Shown piece after piece: positions 29,167-39,440 of a DNA stretch of 64,000 nucleotides. This DNA is from Candidatus Multivoradales bacterium. Lineage in GTDB: Bacteria > Acidobacteriota > Thermoanaerobaculia > Multivoradales > Multivoraceae. Made by a program: the position numbers and the translations under genes. Position 1 is the first letter of the stretch, and the number at the start of each line of letters is the position of its first letter. The stretch covers positions 1,056,001-1,120,000 of the forward strand of contig CBDCWI010000002.1 in NCBI GenBank assembly GCA_965223325.1, in the 5' to 3' direction. Under the pieces are notes generated by a model. It was not told the origin of the DNA. It saw nothing but the letters and a program-made list of their open reading frames with translations, and did no database searches.

Positions 29167-31209
29167 TCAGGGCTCGCGAACCTTGATCACCGCGAACGTG
29201 ACGTCGTCGGAGGGAGAATCCTCCGCCGAGAATCGCTCGACCTCGGCAGCCAGCTCTTCAATCGTTGCCTGCGGTGACGACGCGTGTGTCCCGCGCAGTA
29301 GGTCGTAGATCTTCTGGTAGCCGTAGACCTCACCGTCGGGACTGCGTAGCTCGGGGAAGCCGTCGCTCATCACCAGGAGACAGTCGCCAGGAGCGACTGT
29401 CAGCTCGCGCTGCTGGTAGACGGAATCTCGCATCGCCCCCAGGGGCATGCCGGGCAAGACGATCTCTTCGAGATCGTCGGCCGTGCCGCGATGGATGACG
29501 ACCGGTGGCATTCCCGCCGAGGCGATCACCACCGGGCGCGACCCGTCGGGCGCTGGCGCTTTGATGTGCACCATCACCAGGCTCATGGACATTCTTCTAA
29601 GGCCCATCGAATGAATCGTGCGCGAAGCGCGGGCAAGAAACTCGGCCAGGCTACGACCGCGGCCCGCGGGTGCCGAGCGCGCCGCGAAGAGACTCTTGAC
29701 TGCGGTCACCATGGTGCCCGCCATCGCACCATGGCCGGTGGCGTCGCCAACCACCACCAGGAGTTCATCCGCCTTGTCGGATTGGCGAAAGTCGTAGTAG
29801 TCACCGCCGACCTCGGCGGCCGTGCGCATGAAGAAGGCGACGTCGAGTCCGGCGATGGTCGGCAGCCGATCAGGCAACAGCGACAGCTGAAACTGGCGCG
29901 CGGCTTCGAGCTCGGCACTCTTTCGCTGATTGTCCTTCTCGAGCAGACGCTGCTGCAGCTGCTGCTCGACGATCTGATCCTGATTCGCCTGCAGCTCATC
30001 CGCCATGCGGTTGAAGGTCAGGGCGAGGGTCGCGACTTCGTCACGGCCCTTGATGCCGTCCGCGCGGGCATCGAGATCGCCGCCGCCGAGGCGCTCGGCG
30101 GAGGCAGTGAGTACGTTCAAGCGCCGCGACAGCCGGCCCGAGAGCGGCAACATGCCCAAGAGCGCCAAACCGATTCCACCCATGCCGACGAAAAAGTTCT
30201 TGATCGCCGCACTCTGGATCGCGGCCAGCGGTGCGCCGACCGGACGCGCAACTCCAAAGAGCAAGTCGGACTCGGGGTCCTTGCGGGTTGCGATCAGCCA
30301 ATCACCGACCACCGAAACCTGGCGATCGTCACCGCTGACCTGGCAAGCCTCGAAGAACTCAGACAGATCGCTGAGCTCCGGCGCCAGCGCCGGATCGGGC
30401 GTCAAGATGCGGCCGTCAGGATCGACTGCGAAAGGTACGTCACCGACCTTCATCCGGGTTTTCTGAAGAACCTCCCGCAAGAAGGCCTCTGGCCGAACGG
30501 CCGCACGCACCCTGCCCACCGGCATGCCGTTCTCCATCACCCGTGATTCGAAGGACTCACCGAGCAAGTGGAGGATCTGGGCGCGTTCGGCGGCCAGCTC
30601 GCTGAGTTGCTCAGTGAGCACCTCGGTCTCGAGGGCGTGGTCGATGGCAGAGTGGCTGTCGAGGTCCAACTCGCCCGAAGAAACCTGAGCCTTGATGCGA
30701 TGGACCTCGGCCAGGCGCCCGGCGACGCGGTTGATGCGCTCATCGACCCGGCGTGACTCGTGCTCGAGAATCGCTTGCGGTGCCTCCTCACCCTCGGCCG
30801 GCACGCCGGGCGGCAGCGGCGCCTCGGGCGCCTCGAGCTCGATGAACAGGCGGTCGCCGTCGCTAGCCCGCGATTCGTCAGGCAGCCACTCGACGCCGGC
30901 CAGGATTTCGGCCTGATCGCCCAACTGCGCTTCGATCTCACGCAGCAAAGCGAGTCGCTCCCCCGGACCGAGTTCAGAAGTCGCCAGCTCGGCGATCGGT
31001 AGACTTCTCAGCGAGTTGACGCGGCGCCTGAGGGCGCCCCGCATGGACCCCATGCGGCTGGCGATGTCGTCGGTGAGCTCGCGCGCTTCCGCCTCCACCG
31101 CAGTCTGGAATGCCGCGGTCGAGGACTGGTAAGAATAGACGACGATACCCGCCAGCGGTAATACCGAAAGCAGCAAGAAGCTGAGGATGAGCTGCGTGCG
31201 AATCTTCAT
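29167..31209 (-). CDS. Membrane HAMP + SpoIIE/PP2C (RsbU-like) phosphatase
   Basis: Two TMs; HAMP (RDEVATLALTFNRM); VGGDYYD; GDATGHG; SDGF; DDVT. Confidence 0.92.
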   Translation of the reverse strand: MKIRTQLILSFLLLSVLPLAGIVVYSYQSSTAAFQTAVEAEARELTDDIASRMGSMRGALRRRVNSLRSLPIAELATSELGPGERLALLREIEAQLGDQAEILAGVEWLPDESRASDGDRLFIELEAPEAPLPPGVPAEGEEAPQAILEHESRRVDERINRVAGRLAEVHRIKAQVSSGELDLDSHSAIDHALETEVLTEQLSELAAERAQILHLLGESFESRVMENGMPVGRVRAAVRPEAFLREVLQKTRMKVGDVPFAVDPDGRILTPDPALAPELSDLSEFFEACQVSGDDRQVSVVGDWLIATRKDPESDLLFGVARPVGAPLAAIQSAAIKNFFVGMGGIGLALLGMLPLSGRLSRRLNVLTASAERLGGGDLDARADGIKGRDEVATLALTFNRMADELQANQDQIVEQQLQQRLLEKDNQRKSAELEAARQFQLSLLPDRLPTIAGLDVAFFMRTAAEVGGDYYDFRQSDKADELLVVVGDATGHGAMAGTMVTAVKSLFAARSAPAGRGRSLAEFLARASRTIHSMGLRRMSMSLVMVHIKAPAPDGSRPVVIASAGMPPVVIHRGTADDLEEIVLPGMPLGAMRDSVYQQRELTVAPGDCLLVMSDGFPELRSPDGEVYGYQKIYDLLRGTHASSPQATIEELAAEVERFSAEDSPSDDVTFAVIKVREP

Positions 31210-31333
31210 GGGTGGGTCGCCAGGGGAGTCGGGCCGGGCAATGGCAGGGTCGGACCAGAGGCCGAACAAGCGGAACCCTAGCGGAACCGACCTCGAGTAG
31301 GCGGGTGGGTGCCTGGCACGGCCTCTTGACTCT

Positions 31334-31822
31334 CTAACGCTCTAGCGGGCTGAGAGTTTCCCGGGCATCACTGGCGATGGCGAGCCAATCGACCAGGCTG
31401 CCTGGGGCAACCACCTCGACTCCGGCATGCGGCGAGCGCAACAACCGCGGATCGGTGGTGGCCAGGAAGCGCGCTCCGGAAACCGCCGCAGCAAGGAAGT
31501 ACTCGTCATCAATTGTCGAGCCAGAAGAGGCCGAGCCTGGGAGCGGCACACCGGTTGGGTCTACCAACACCGCGACTCCCGCCAAGGCGGCGATCAACTC
31601 GCCTGGATCACCGTCGAGATGGCGCCGGATCGTGCGCTGCCGAAGGGTGTTTTCGATCTCCTCGAGAATCGCCGGGGTGAGCACCGCGGCGAGCAGCTCA
31701 CCGCGAAGGCAGGCGCGCAGCAAGAGACCGCTGGGACCATCTGGCCGTAGGAGTCCACTGACCACGACGGCCGGGTCGAGAACGACGCTTTCAACCTGCA
31801 CGGCGCCCAGACCTCTTTGCAC
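31334..31822 (-). CDS. PIN-domain toxin (VapC-like)
   Basis: VVLDPAVVVSGLL, ILEEI, DDEYFLAAA, LATTD; downstream of a Phd antitoxin. Confidence 0.8.
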   Translation of the reverse strand: MQRGLGAVQVESVVLDPAVVVSGLLRPDGPSGLLLRACLRGELLAAVLTPAILEEIENTLRQRTIRRHLDGDPGELIAALAGVAVLVDPTGVPLPGSASSGSTIDDEYFLAAAVSGARFLATTDPRLLRSPHAGVEVVAPGSLVDWLAIASDARETLSPLER

Positions 31823-31852
31823 CGTCTAGGCGACAGGGCAAAGCGCTACGCG

Positions 31853-32122
31853 TCACGAGCGCCCTTGGCGGCTTTTCTTCTTCGCCTTTTGCGCAACCTG
31901 ATCGACCTGTTCGAGCGCCAGCTTGCGCGCTTGTCGGTCGAGCGCTTCCAAGAGCCTCAGTTCGGACGCCTTCTCCATACGCGCCAGGCGCTCGACTGAG
32001 ACGATCGCCGCTAACGGCTTGCCGCGCCGTTCGATCACGTACTCGTCACCGTGTTCTGAAACGCGGTCGAGCAGGTCCCCGAGTTGGGATCTGACGTCGG
32101 CTGTCTTGACGGTCTTCTTCAT
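31853..32122 (-). CDS. Phd/YefM family antitoxin
   Basis: MKKTVKTADVRSQLGDLLDRV...YVIERRGKPLAAIVS. Confidence 0.88.
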   Translation of the reverse strand: MKKTVKTADVRSQLGDLLDRVSEHGDEYVIERRGKPLAAIVSVERLARMEKASELRLLEALDRQARKLALEQVDQVAQKAKKKSRQGRS

Positions 32123-32444
32123 GAATCGTTCTTGCCACAGAGCGTTGATCAGCAAGGAATCGAAACACCGCGAAACGAGCACTTCGGATTCGCGATCAAG
32201 CCGCGAACCAGTAGGTTTTCCAGGCATTTAGAGCCACGCGGAATCGAACTGGTGGACTCACGATTATAGCCCGACCCCGCCCGATTCAGGGCTTCGGCGA
32301 AGCTCGAGTCGGCGGCTCTCGAGAGGCGGGACGAACGATCCAGGAGGGGCAGCGGTTTGCGGCTGCCGGCACCGCCCCGCGTCACCGGAAATCCTCCTCG
32401 CGCGACGCCGCCGTCGGCGGTGAACCGACTCGAAATACTAGTTT

Positions 32445-33281
32445 TCAGCCAGGGCCATCTTCTGTCGAAGACCCCCCACGCGGCCCGCCTCCGCCGTCTT
32501 TGCGATGGCCAACGAGGTAGGTCACCACCCCGTGTAGGGCGCGCACTTCGCGCTCGCTCAGGACGGCACGCTGGAAGACGTTTCGAATGTTGCGCACCAT
32601 GACCGGACGCTTCTCCGGCACGCGAAGAAAGCCACTCGCGTCGAGCTCCTGCTCGAGGTGCTCGAAGAAGTTCGCCATCTCTGCCGCCGTGGCGGGCTGT
32701 TCGCCGTCACCAAACCGCGCCAACGCTTCACGAGCGGTGCGCGCACCCTCATCGACGACGCCGATCCGGTGCCACTCCCAGGTCACGAGCAGAACCGCCT
32801 GCGCCAGATTGAGCGACATGAACTCAGGATTGAGTGGTACGTGCAGAATCTTGTGCGCCATGGTGACTTCATCGTTGTCGAGCCCCGTACGTTCGGGCCC
32901 AAAGAGCACGCCGCTGGTTGTGCCGTTCTGCGCCATGGCGCGCATTTCGCGCGCGGCCTCCATCGGAGTCACCGCCAGCTTCGACATGTCGCGACCACGG
33001 GCAGTGGTGGCGTAGAGGTGTCCGAGGTCGGCGACCGCCGCGGCCGTCGTTTCGAAGACCTCTGCCTGGTCGACGACGGGGACTGCAGTGCGAGCCATGG
33101 CGCGCGCCTTCTCATTGGGCCAGCCGTCTCGCGGCGCAACGATACGCAGCCGGTCGAAGCCGCAATTCCACATCGCGCGCGCTGCCGCGCCGATGTTTTC
33201 GCCCATCTGCGGCCTCACCAGCACGATGACCGGCACAGGGTCCTTCTCACTCTTCGATTCCAGGGGCTGCTCGCTCTCCAT
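32445..33281 (-). CDS. trmJ: TrmJ/LasT SPOUT RNA 2'-O-methyltransferase
   Basis: LVRPQMGENIGAAARAM, ATTAR, FGPERTGL, SLNLAQAV. Confidence 0.9.
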   Translation of the reverse strand: MESEQPLESKSEKDPVPVIVLVRPQMGENIGAAARAMWNCGFDRLRIVAPRDGWPNEKARAMARTAVPVVDQAEVFETTAAAVADLGHLYATTARGRDMSKLAVTPMEAAREMRAMAQNGTTSGVLFGPERTGLDNDEVTMAHKILHVPLNPEFMSLNLAQAVLLVTWEWHRIGVVDEGARTAREALARFGDGEQPATAAEMANFFEHLEQELDASGFLRVPEKRPVMVRNIRNVFQRAVLSEREVRALHGVVTYLVGHRKDGGGGPRGGSSTEDGPG

Positions 33282-33379
33282 AGCTTGAGAGTCTACGGCT
33301 CACGCGAGCAGGGGCAAGAGCCTCGCCAGCGGGCTTCGTGGCAGGATGCACCCAGCCAGCTCCCGGCTCGCAAACGTTC

Positions 33380-36004
33380 ATGTCCCAGGCGCCAACAACC
33401 GATCCCCAACCAAGAACGCCCGCCCTGGCGGCGCGTCTTGCCCAGCTCAGCGACAGTGACGGGCCTGACGCCTACCTCGACCACTTCCTCGACTGGGTGA
33501 TCGAACTGGGCTTCGACCTCTTTCCTGCCCAGGAAGAGGCCCTGCTCGAGCTGATGGCCGACCGCCATGTGATTCTCAACACCCCCACCGGGTCGGGAAA
33601 ATCACTGGTGGCAGCCGGGCAACACTGGAAGACACTTGCCGAGGGCGGAACCAGCTTCTACACCGCTCCGATCAAGGCATTGGTGAGCGAGAAGTTCTTC
33701 GCGCTCTGCGACACCTTCGGCGCCGACAAAGTCGGCATGTTGACTGGCGACGCCTCGATCAACGCCGATGCGCCGATCCTCTGCTGCACCGCCGAGGTGC
33801 TCTCGAACATGGCGCTCCGTCACGGAGGAGACCTGCGTGCCGACTCGGTGGTGATGGACGAGTTCCACTACTACGGCGACCGCGACCGCGGCGTCGCCTG
33901 GCAGATACCGCTCATCACCCTCTCCCGCACCCAGTTTCTGCTCATGTCGGCAACGCTGGGCAATCCCGCCCCGATCGCCGAGCGCCTGGACCATGACACG
34001 ACGCGCACCACCGCCACCGTCAAGAGCGCGGAGCGGCCGGTACCGCTCGAGTTCGAGTACCTCGAAACCCCAATCCACGAAACCGTCGAGACCCTGCACG
34101 ACAAAGGCCGCGCACCGATCTATATCGTCAGCTTCACGCAGCGCGAATGCGCCGAACTCGCGGGCGCACTCACCAGCCTCCAGATCACCACCCGCGAAGA
34201 GCGCATGGCGATTCGCGAAGCGATTGGTGACTTTCGTTTCGACACCGCCTACGGCAAGGAGATGAAACGCTATCTCTCCTTTGGCCTCGGAATCCATCAC
34301 GCCGGGCTGCTGCCGAAGTATCGCCTGTTGGTCGAGCGGCTGGCGCAGCAGGGACTGCTCAAAGCCGTGTGCGGCACCGACACCCTGGGGGTCGGCGTCA
34401 ACATTCCGCTGCGCACGGTGGTCTTTCAGAAGCTGTGCAAATACGACGGCGAGAAGGTCGGCATTCTGGCGGTGCGCGACTTTCAGCAGATCAGCGGCCG
34501 CGCGGGTCGCAAGGGATTCGACGATCAGGGCTGGGTGGTGTGTCAGGCGCCGGAGCATGAGATCGAGAACAAGCGGCTGGCGATGAAGGTCGCCGGTGAT
34601 CCGAAGAAGGCCAAGAAGCTCCGAAAGAAGAAGCCACCGACGCGCGGCTACGTTCACTGGGACCAGGCCACCTTCGAGCGCCTGGTGAGTGGAAACCCGG
34701 AGACCCTGGAGTCGCGCTTTCATCTCTCGCACGGGATGATTCTCGATCTCATTCAACGAGACGCCGATCGCGATGACCCCAACGCTTCGAACTTCGCAGC
34801 GATCCGAAAGCTACTCGCCGACTGCCACGAGCCGCCCGAGAAGAAAGCTGAGCTCCTCTCGGAGGCCGCTCTCAGGGTGCGATCACTGGGTCGTGCCGGC
34901 ATTCTGCGGATGACCCGCGATACCCAGAACAACTATCTCTGGGTCACCGTAGACCCCGACCTGCAGATCGATTTCTCGCTCCATCGGGGCCTGTCGCTGT
35001 TTCTGGTGGAGCTGGTCGAACGGCTCGACCCGGAGGCTCCTGACTACGGCTTGCGGCTCCTGAGCTTCACCGAGGCCATCCTCGAAGATCCGCGGGTGGT
35101 GCTCTATCGCCAGATCGACAAACAAAAAGACGAGCTGGTCGCCCGCATGAAGGCCGAAGGCATCGACTACGACGAGCGCATGGCGAAACTCGAGGAAGTC
35201 ACCCACCCCAAGCCCGAAGCCGAGTTCCTCTACGGCGCCTACAGCGCCTTTCGCAACATCCACCCGTGGCTCGGCGAAGACAACGTGCGCCCGAAGTCGA
35301 TCGGTCGCGAGATGTTCGAGGGCTACATGTCGTTCGAAGACTTCATCCGCCACTACGGCCTGCAGCGCTCCGAAGGCGTCGTCCTGCGCTACTTGAGCCA
35401 GCTGTACAAGGCGCTGACCCAGAACATCCCCGACGAACTCAAGACCGAAGAGGTCTACGACGTTCTCGGCTTCTTCCGCGCCATGCTCACCCGCGTCGAC
35501 ACCAGCCTGCTCGAAGAGTGGGAGAACATGCTCGATCCCGAGCGTGGCCTGAGCAAACGCGCCGGCACCGAAGCCGGCGAGCAGGAGATCGAGCACTACG
35601 AGCTCCTGCATGACCCACGTGCCCTGCGCGCCCGCATCCGCGCCGAGGTGCACCAGCTGGTGCGGGCCCTCGCGGCGCGGGACTGGGAGGAAGCCGAGCG
35701 CCTGGTACGGCCCGCCGATCCCGAGCGCCCCGACGAAAGAGGCTCGCTCGGCAGACAGGCCATCGAAGAAGCAATCGCCCCCTACTTCGAGAGCTACGAC
35801 CACATCGACTTCACGCCCCGGGCGCGCGAAGCCAAGTGGACCCGGGTGGAAGAACCGGAACCTCGCTTCTACCGGGTCACCCAGGTTCTGGTTGATCCCG
35901 AAGACGACAACTTCTGGTATCTCGAAGGCATCGTCGACCTGCGCGACCGCCAGCGCATCGACCCCGACCAGCCCTTGTTCATGCTGACCGGCATTCGCTC
36001 GTAG
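33380..36004 (+). CDS. Ski2/HelY-like DExH helicase with DUF3516
   Basis: TPTGSGKS, APIKAL, DEFH, MSAT, HHAGLLP, QISGRAGR; EGVVLRYLS. Confidence 0.92.
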   Translation: MSQAPTTDPQPRTPALAARLAQLSDSDGPDAYLDHFLDWVIELGFDLFPAQEEALLELMADRHVILNTPTGSGKSLVAAGQHWKTLAEGGTSFYTAPIKALVSEKFFALCDTFGADKVGMLTGDASINADAPILCCTAEVLSNMALRHGGDLRADSVVMDEFHYYGDRDRGVAWQIPLITLSRTQFLLMSATLGNPAPIAERLDHDTTRTTATVKSAERPVPLEFEYLETPIHETVETLHDKGRAPIYIVSFTQRECAELAGALTSLQITTREERMAIREAIGDFRFDTAYGKEMKRYLSFGLGIHHAGLLPKYRLLVERLAQQGLLKAVCGTDTLGVGVNIPLRTVVFQKLCKYDGEKVGILAVRDFQQISGRAGRKGFDDQGWVVCQAPEHEIENKRLAMKVAGDPKKAKKLRKKKPPTRGYVHWDQATFERLVSGNPETLESRFHLSHGMILDLIQRDADRDDPNASNFAAIRKLLADCHEPPEKKAELLSEAALRVRSLGRAGILRMTRDTQNNYLWVTVDPDLQIDFSLHRGLSLFLVELVERLDPEAPDYGLRLLSFTEAILEDPRVVLYRQIDKQKDELVARMKAEGIDYDERMAKLEEVTHPKPEAEFLYGAYSAFRNIHPWLGEDNVRPKSIGREMFEGYMSFEDFIRHYGLQRSEGVVLRYLSQLYKALTQNIPDELKTEEVYDVLGFFRAMLTRVDTSLLEEWENMLDPERGLSKRAGTEAGEQEIEHYELLHDPRALRARIRAEVHQLVRALAARDWEEAERLVRPADPERPDERGSLGRQAIEEAIAPYFESYDHIDFTPRAREAKWTRVEEPEPRFYRVTQVLVDPEDDNFWYLEGIVDLRDRQRIDPDQPLFMLTGIRS

Positions 36005-36179
36005 CTCCCGAGGGGAGTGGAGAGCCAACAAAGACGGGGGATTGACGACGAATTGAGGGTCGCCTGTTGATTCGCTTGTAACAAACCTGGTTCCTTGCGG
36101 AAGGAGTGAAGGACAGACGTTCTACCGGCCCGACGCCGCAATGGCAGGGGCCGCAACCTGACCTTCGAAAGGAACCCTC

Positions 36180-36752
36180 ATGAACATTTCAGCAATCACC
36201 CGTCCTTCCACAATCACCAAGACGATCTTGCTCGCCTCCGCCGTCCTTCTGTTCGGTGCCGCCATCCTGACGGCAGAGGACGACGCCAGCTCCGCCGCAA
36301 TCACCTTCGAGGAACTGCGTGCCGAAACCAGCCTCGAGACTCGGAACGCTGACCTCGACTCCATGACGTCGACCGTAAAGTTGGAGCCCGGCACGACTGC
36401 GCCTTGCATTCCGCGAAAGGGGTTCTTCTGCGCATGGGATCGGCGATTCGAAGTCCAGATGATCTGGGCCGACCCGCGGGACCGGACATTCAAGCACATG
36501 GACTGGCTGGAATACTCCGACGTTGCTGTACTGGCCAACTATGGCAACGCAGCGAACGTTGAGGTCATGGTCAAAGTCCTCCCGGCTTGCAACCTGAACA
36601 ACCATTTCTGGGTCTTTGCCGGCGGCGTGACGGACCGCTACGTGGCCATCATCATCCGCGACACCTGGACCGGGCGCCGAGTGGGCTACGAGAACCTGGC
36701 GGGCAATGCCTTCAGGACGGTCAACGATACGACCGCGATTCGCTGCAACTAG
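36180..36752 (+). CDS. Secreted protein with a Thermoanaerobaculia-type Cys-containing domain
   Basis: Signal peptide; C...RFEV..W...NVEVMVKVLPACNLNNHFWVFAGGVTD...DTWTG...YEN. I recognise this module from secreted proteins of that class (recall, not searched). Confidence 0.7.
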   Translation: MNISAITRPSTITKTILLASAVLLFGAAILTAEDDASSAAITFEELRAETSLETRNADLDSMTSTVKLEPGTTAPCIPRKGFFCAWDRRFEVQMIWADPRDRTFKHMDWLEYSDVAVLANYGNAANVEVMVKVLPACNLNNHFWVFAGGVTDRYVAIIIRDTWTGRRVGYENLAGNAFRTVNDTTAIRCN

Positions 36753-36778
36753 CGTTCGGAGCACCACAAAAGAAGATG

Positions 36779-36810
36779 AAGCCCGGCCGAGGAATCGGCC
36801 GGGCTTTCTT
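36779..36810 (+). terminator. Rho-independent terminator
   Basis: AAGCCCGGCCGA-GGAA-TCGGCCGGGCTT followed by TCTT. Confidence 0.88.
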
Positions 36811-36900
36811 GCGTTAACAGGGTCCTGATGAAACATCTCAGCCCTATGAACGTCCCATGAGTACAGCCACGACGATTCGTTCTCTACCGCGGAGCCCCCG

Positions 36901-39372
36901 ATGCCCAGAATCCCTGGCGGTCTCGCCATGCGTCGTCTCCTACGCACGCGCTCCTTCAGCACCACAGCGATCATCACCCTCGCCCTTGGTATCGCGGCGA
37001 ACGTCGCGGTCTTCTCGGTCGTGCGCACCGTGCTGCTCGAGCCGCTCCCCTACGCCGAGCCCGAGAATCTGGTGGCGATCCTCTACAGCGCCCCGGGAAT
37101 CGGCATGGACGAGGTCCCTCAGGCAGCGGCCCTGCACCTGACCTACCTCGATCAGTCCGAGGCGTTCGAAACGGTGGCGATGTGGGACAGCTGGCGCGCC
37201 GCGGCGACCGGCAACGGCCCGCCCGAGGAGATTCCGGTGCACGATGTGACCATCGAACTGCTGCCGCTCCTGGGCGTCGATCCCGTTCTCGGTCGGGGGT
37301 TCGCTACCGAAGACGCCCGGCCCAACGCTCCGCGCACCGCGATGCTCACCCACGAGTACTGGCAGCGTCGCTACAGCGGCGACCCATCGATTCTTGGCCA
37401 GGGGATCACCCTCCAGGGTCTCGATCGCACCATCATTGGGGTCCTTCCACCCGGCTTTCGCCTGCTCGATCGCGAGAGCGCTGTCCTCATGCCACTCCAG
37501 CTGGCGCGCGACGAGCTCTTCGTTGGCATGTTCAACTACGCCGGTGTCGGCCGTCTAAAAGACGGTGTCACGCTCGAGCAGGCGAGCGCCGACCTCAACC
37601 GCCTGCTACCCATCGCGGTCGACAACTTTCCCGGCGGCCTGACCAGGCAGGTCCTTTCCGAAGCCCAGTTGGCTGCGAACCTGCACCCGCTCCACGAGCG
37701 GTTGGTCGGCGACGTCTCGCAGTTCTTGTGGATCTTGTTCGCTGCGGTCGGCGTCGTCATGCTGATTGCTTGTGCCAACGTCGCCAACCTGTTTCTGGTG
37801 CGTTCAGAGGCGCGGCACCAGGAGCTAGCAGTTCGTTCCGCTCTCGGCGCCAGCCGTCCGGCCATTCTCGGTGAGCTCTTGAGCGAAAGCCTGTGGCTGG
37901 GTCTGTTCGCCGGCTTCGTCGGCATTCCTCTGGGATGGGCCCTGGTTCGGCTGCTGCGCTTCCTGGCTCCCGAGCCGCTTCCGAGAGTCGAACAGGTCGC
38001 GATCACACCGAGCGTCGTGGTGTTCGGCCTGGCCGTTTCGGTTCTGGCCGGGCTCATGTTTGGGCTCCTGCCTGCACTTCGTCAGGCGATCGCCCTCAGC
38101 CGCGGGCTCGTTCGCTCCCTCAAAGAGGGTGGCCGCGGCGACACCGGCGGCCGTAGTCCGGCGCGCGCCCTTCTGGTCATCGCCCAGATCGCCCTCGGTC
38201 TTGTGCTGTTGGTTGGCGGCGGTCTTCTCCTGCGCAGCTTCGACGCCATGAAGAGCGTCGACCCGGGCTTTTCTGAGCCGCGCTCGGTGATGACCTTCAG
38301 GGTCGGCATTCCCGGCGCATCGCTCGAGCAAGAGATCGATGCGCTCGCCATCCAGCGACAGATCCTGGACAACCTCAGAGCCATTCCGGGAGTTTCTTCG
38401 GTGGGTGCGACAACGGCGCTTCCGATGTCTGGCCGTCAGTCGGCCGATGCCACCAACATCGAAGATTTCCCAGTCGAGGAGGGCTCGTTTCCTCCCGTCG
38501 AACGTTTCAAGTTCGTCACCCCCGGCCTCTTCGAGACCCTTGGGCAATCTCTCCTGGCAGGCCGAACGCTGGCGTGGACCGACCTGCTCGAGCGCCGGCC
38601 GGTGGTCGTCGTCGACGAAGCGTTCGCTCGTAAGTATTGGGGTGAGCCGACGGCGGCTCTCGGCAAACGAGTCGCGCCGGCAGTGGTGTCTTCCAATGCC
38701 CTGCACTGGCGGGAGATCGTCGGCGTTGTCAAAACGGTGCACGACAACGGACCGGCACAGCCCGCCGAATCGACCCTCTACTTCCCCACCGTGATGAACG
38801 ACTTCTGGGGCAATGAACTCTTCGTGCAACGCTCGCTGAGCTTTGCGCTGCGTACCGAGAGAACCTCTGACCCGAGCCTTCTGACCCAGATTCAGCAGGC
38901 GGTCTGGTCACAGCGGCCCGATCTGGCAATCGCCCAGGTCGAAACCATGGACGAGATCTACCAACGATCGATGTCGCAAGCATCGTTTGCGATGCTGATG
39001 CTGCTACTTGCCGCCGGAGCCGCGCTCCTCATTGGTTCGGTGGGCATCTACGGTGTCGTCGCCTACATCGTCGCGCAGAGAACGCGCGAGTTCGGCGTGC
39101 GCATGGCGCTCGGCGCGACAGCGGCCCAGATCACTAGCGCGGTCCTGCGCTACGGGATGGTCATGGCGAGCATTGGCGTGGCGGTGGGGCTCATCGCTGC
39201 CGCCCTCTTGTCGGGAACCATGGCGCGGTTGCTCTTCGGCGTCGAGCCACGTGATCCACTGACGTTTGGGGTCGTTGCCCTGGTGCTTGCTGCAATCACT
39301 CTCCTGGCCAGCGCTCTGGCCAGCCGGCGCGCCGCCCAGGTCGACCCAGTCACCGCGCTGCGCGCTGACTGA
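36901..39372 (+). CDS. ADOP-type duplicated MacB/FtsX ABC permease
   Basis: TLALGIAAN..VFSVV, LIACANVANL, ELAVRSALGA, QRTREFGVRMALGA, VDPVTALRAD; no adjacent ATPase. Confidence 0.92.
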   Translation: MPRIPGGLAMRRLLRTRSFSTTAIITLALGIAANVAVFSVVRTVLLEPLPYAEPENLVAILYSAPGIGMDEVPQAAALHLTYLDQSEAFETVAMWDSWRAAATGNGPPEEIPVHDVTIELLPLLGVDPVLGRGFATEDARPNAPRTAMLTHEYWQRRYSGDPSILGQGITLQGLDRTIIGVLPPGFRLLDRESAVLMPLQLARDELFVGMFNYAGVGRLKDGVTLEQASADLNRLLPIAVDNFPGGLTRQVLSEAQLAANLHPLHERLVGDVSQFLWILFAAVGVVMLIACANVANLFLVRSEARHQELAVRSALGASRPAILGELLSESLWLGLFAGFVGIPLGWALVRLLRFLAPEPLPRVEQVAITPSVVVFGLAVSVLAGLMFGLLPALRQAIALSRGLVRSLKEGGRGDTGGRSPARALLVIAQIALGLVLLVGGGLLLRSFDAMKSVDPGFSEPRSVMTFRVGIPGASLEQEIDALAIQRQILDNLRAIPGVSSVGATTALPMSGRQSADATNIEDFPVEEGSFPPVERFKFVTPGLFETLGQSLLAGRTLAWTDLLERRPVVVVDEAFARKYWGEPTAALGKRVAPAVVSSNALHWREIVGVVKTVHDNGPAQPAESTLYFPTVMNDFWGNELFVQRSLSFALRTERTSDPSLLTQIQQAVWSQRPDLAIAQVETMDEIYQRSMSQASFAMLMLLLAAGAALLIGSVGIYGVVAYIVAQRTREFGVRMALGATAAQITSAVLRYGMVMASIGVAVGLIAAALLSGTMARLLFGVEPRDPLTFGVVALVLAAITLLASALASRRAAQVDPVTALRAD

Positions 39373-39440
39373 CCGGTAGCAGCGGGGAGGAGAACCGCAG
39401 CTCACGGCGAGCGTCTCGAGTAGGGCCGAGTATCGCGGGC

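Noticed and set aside
28471-29308. ORFs 28471-29136(-), 28473-29186(+) and 28739-29308(+) as genes
   Set aside because: Off-frame or antisense readings of the frameshifted Smr gene.
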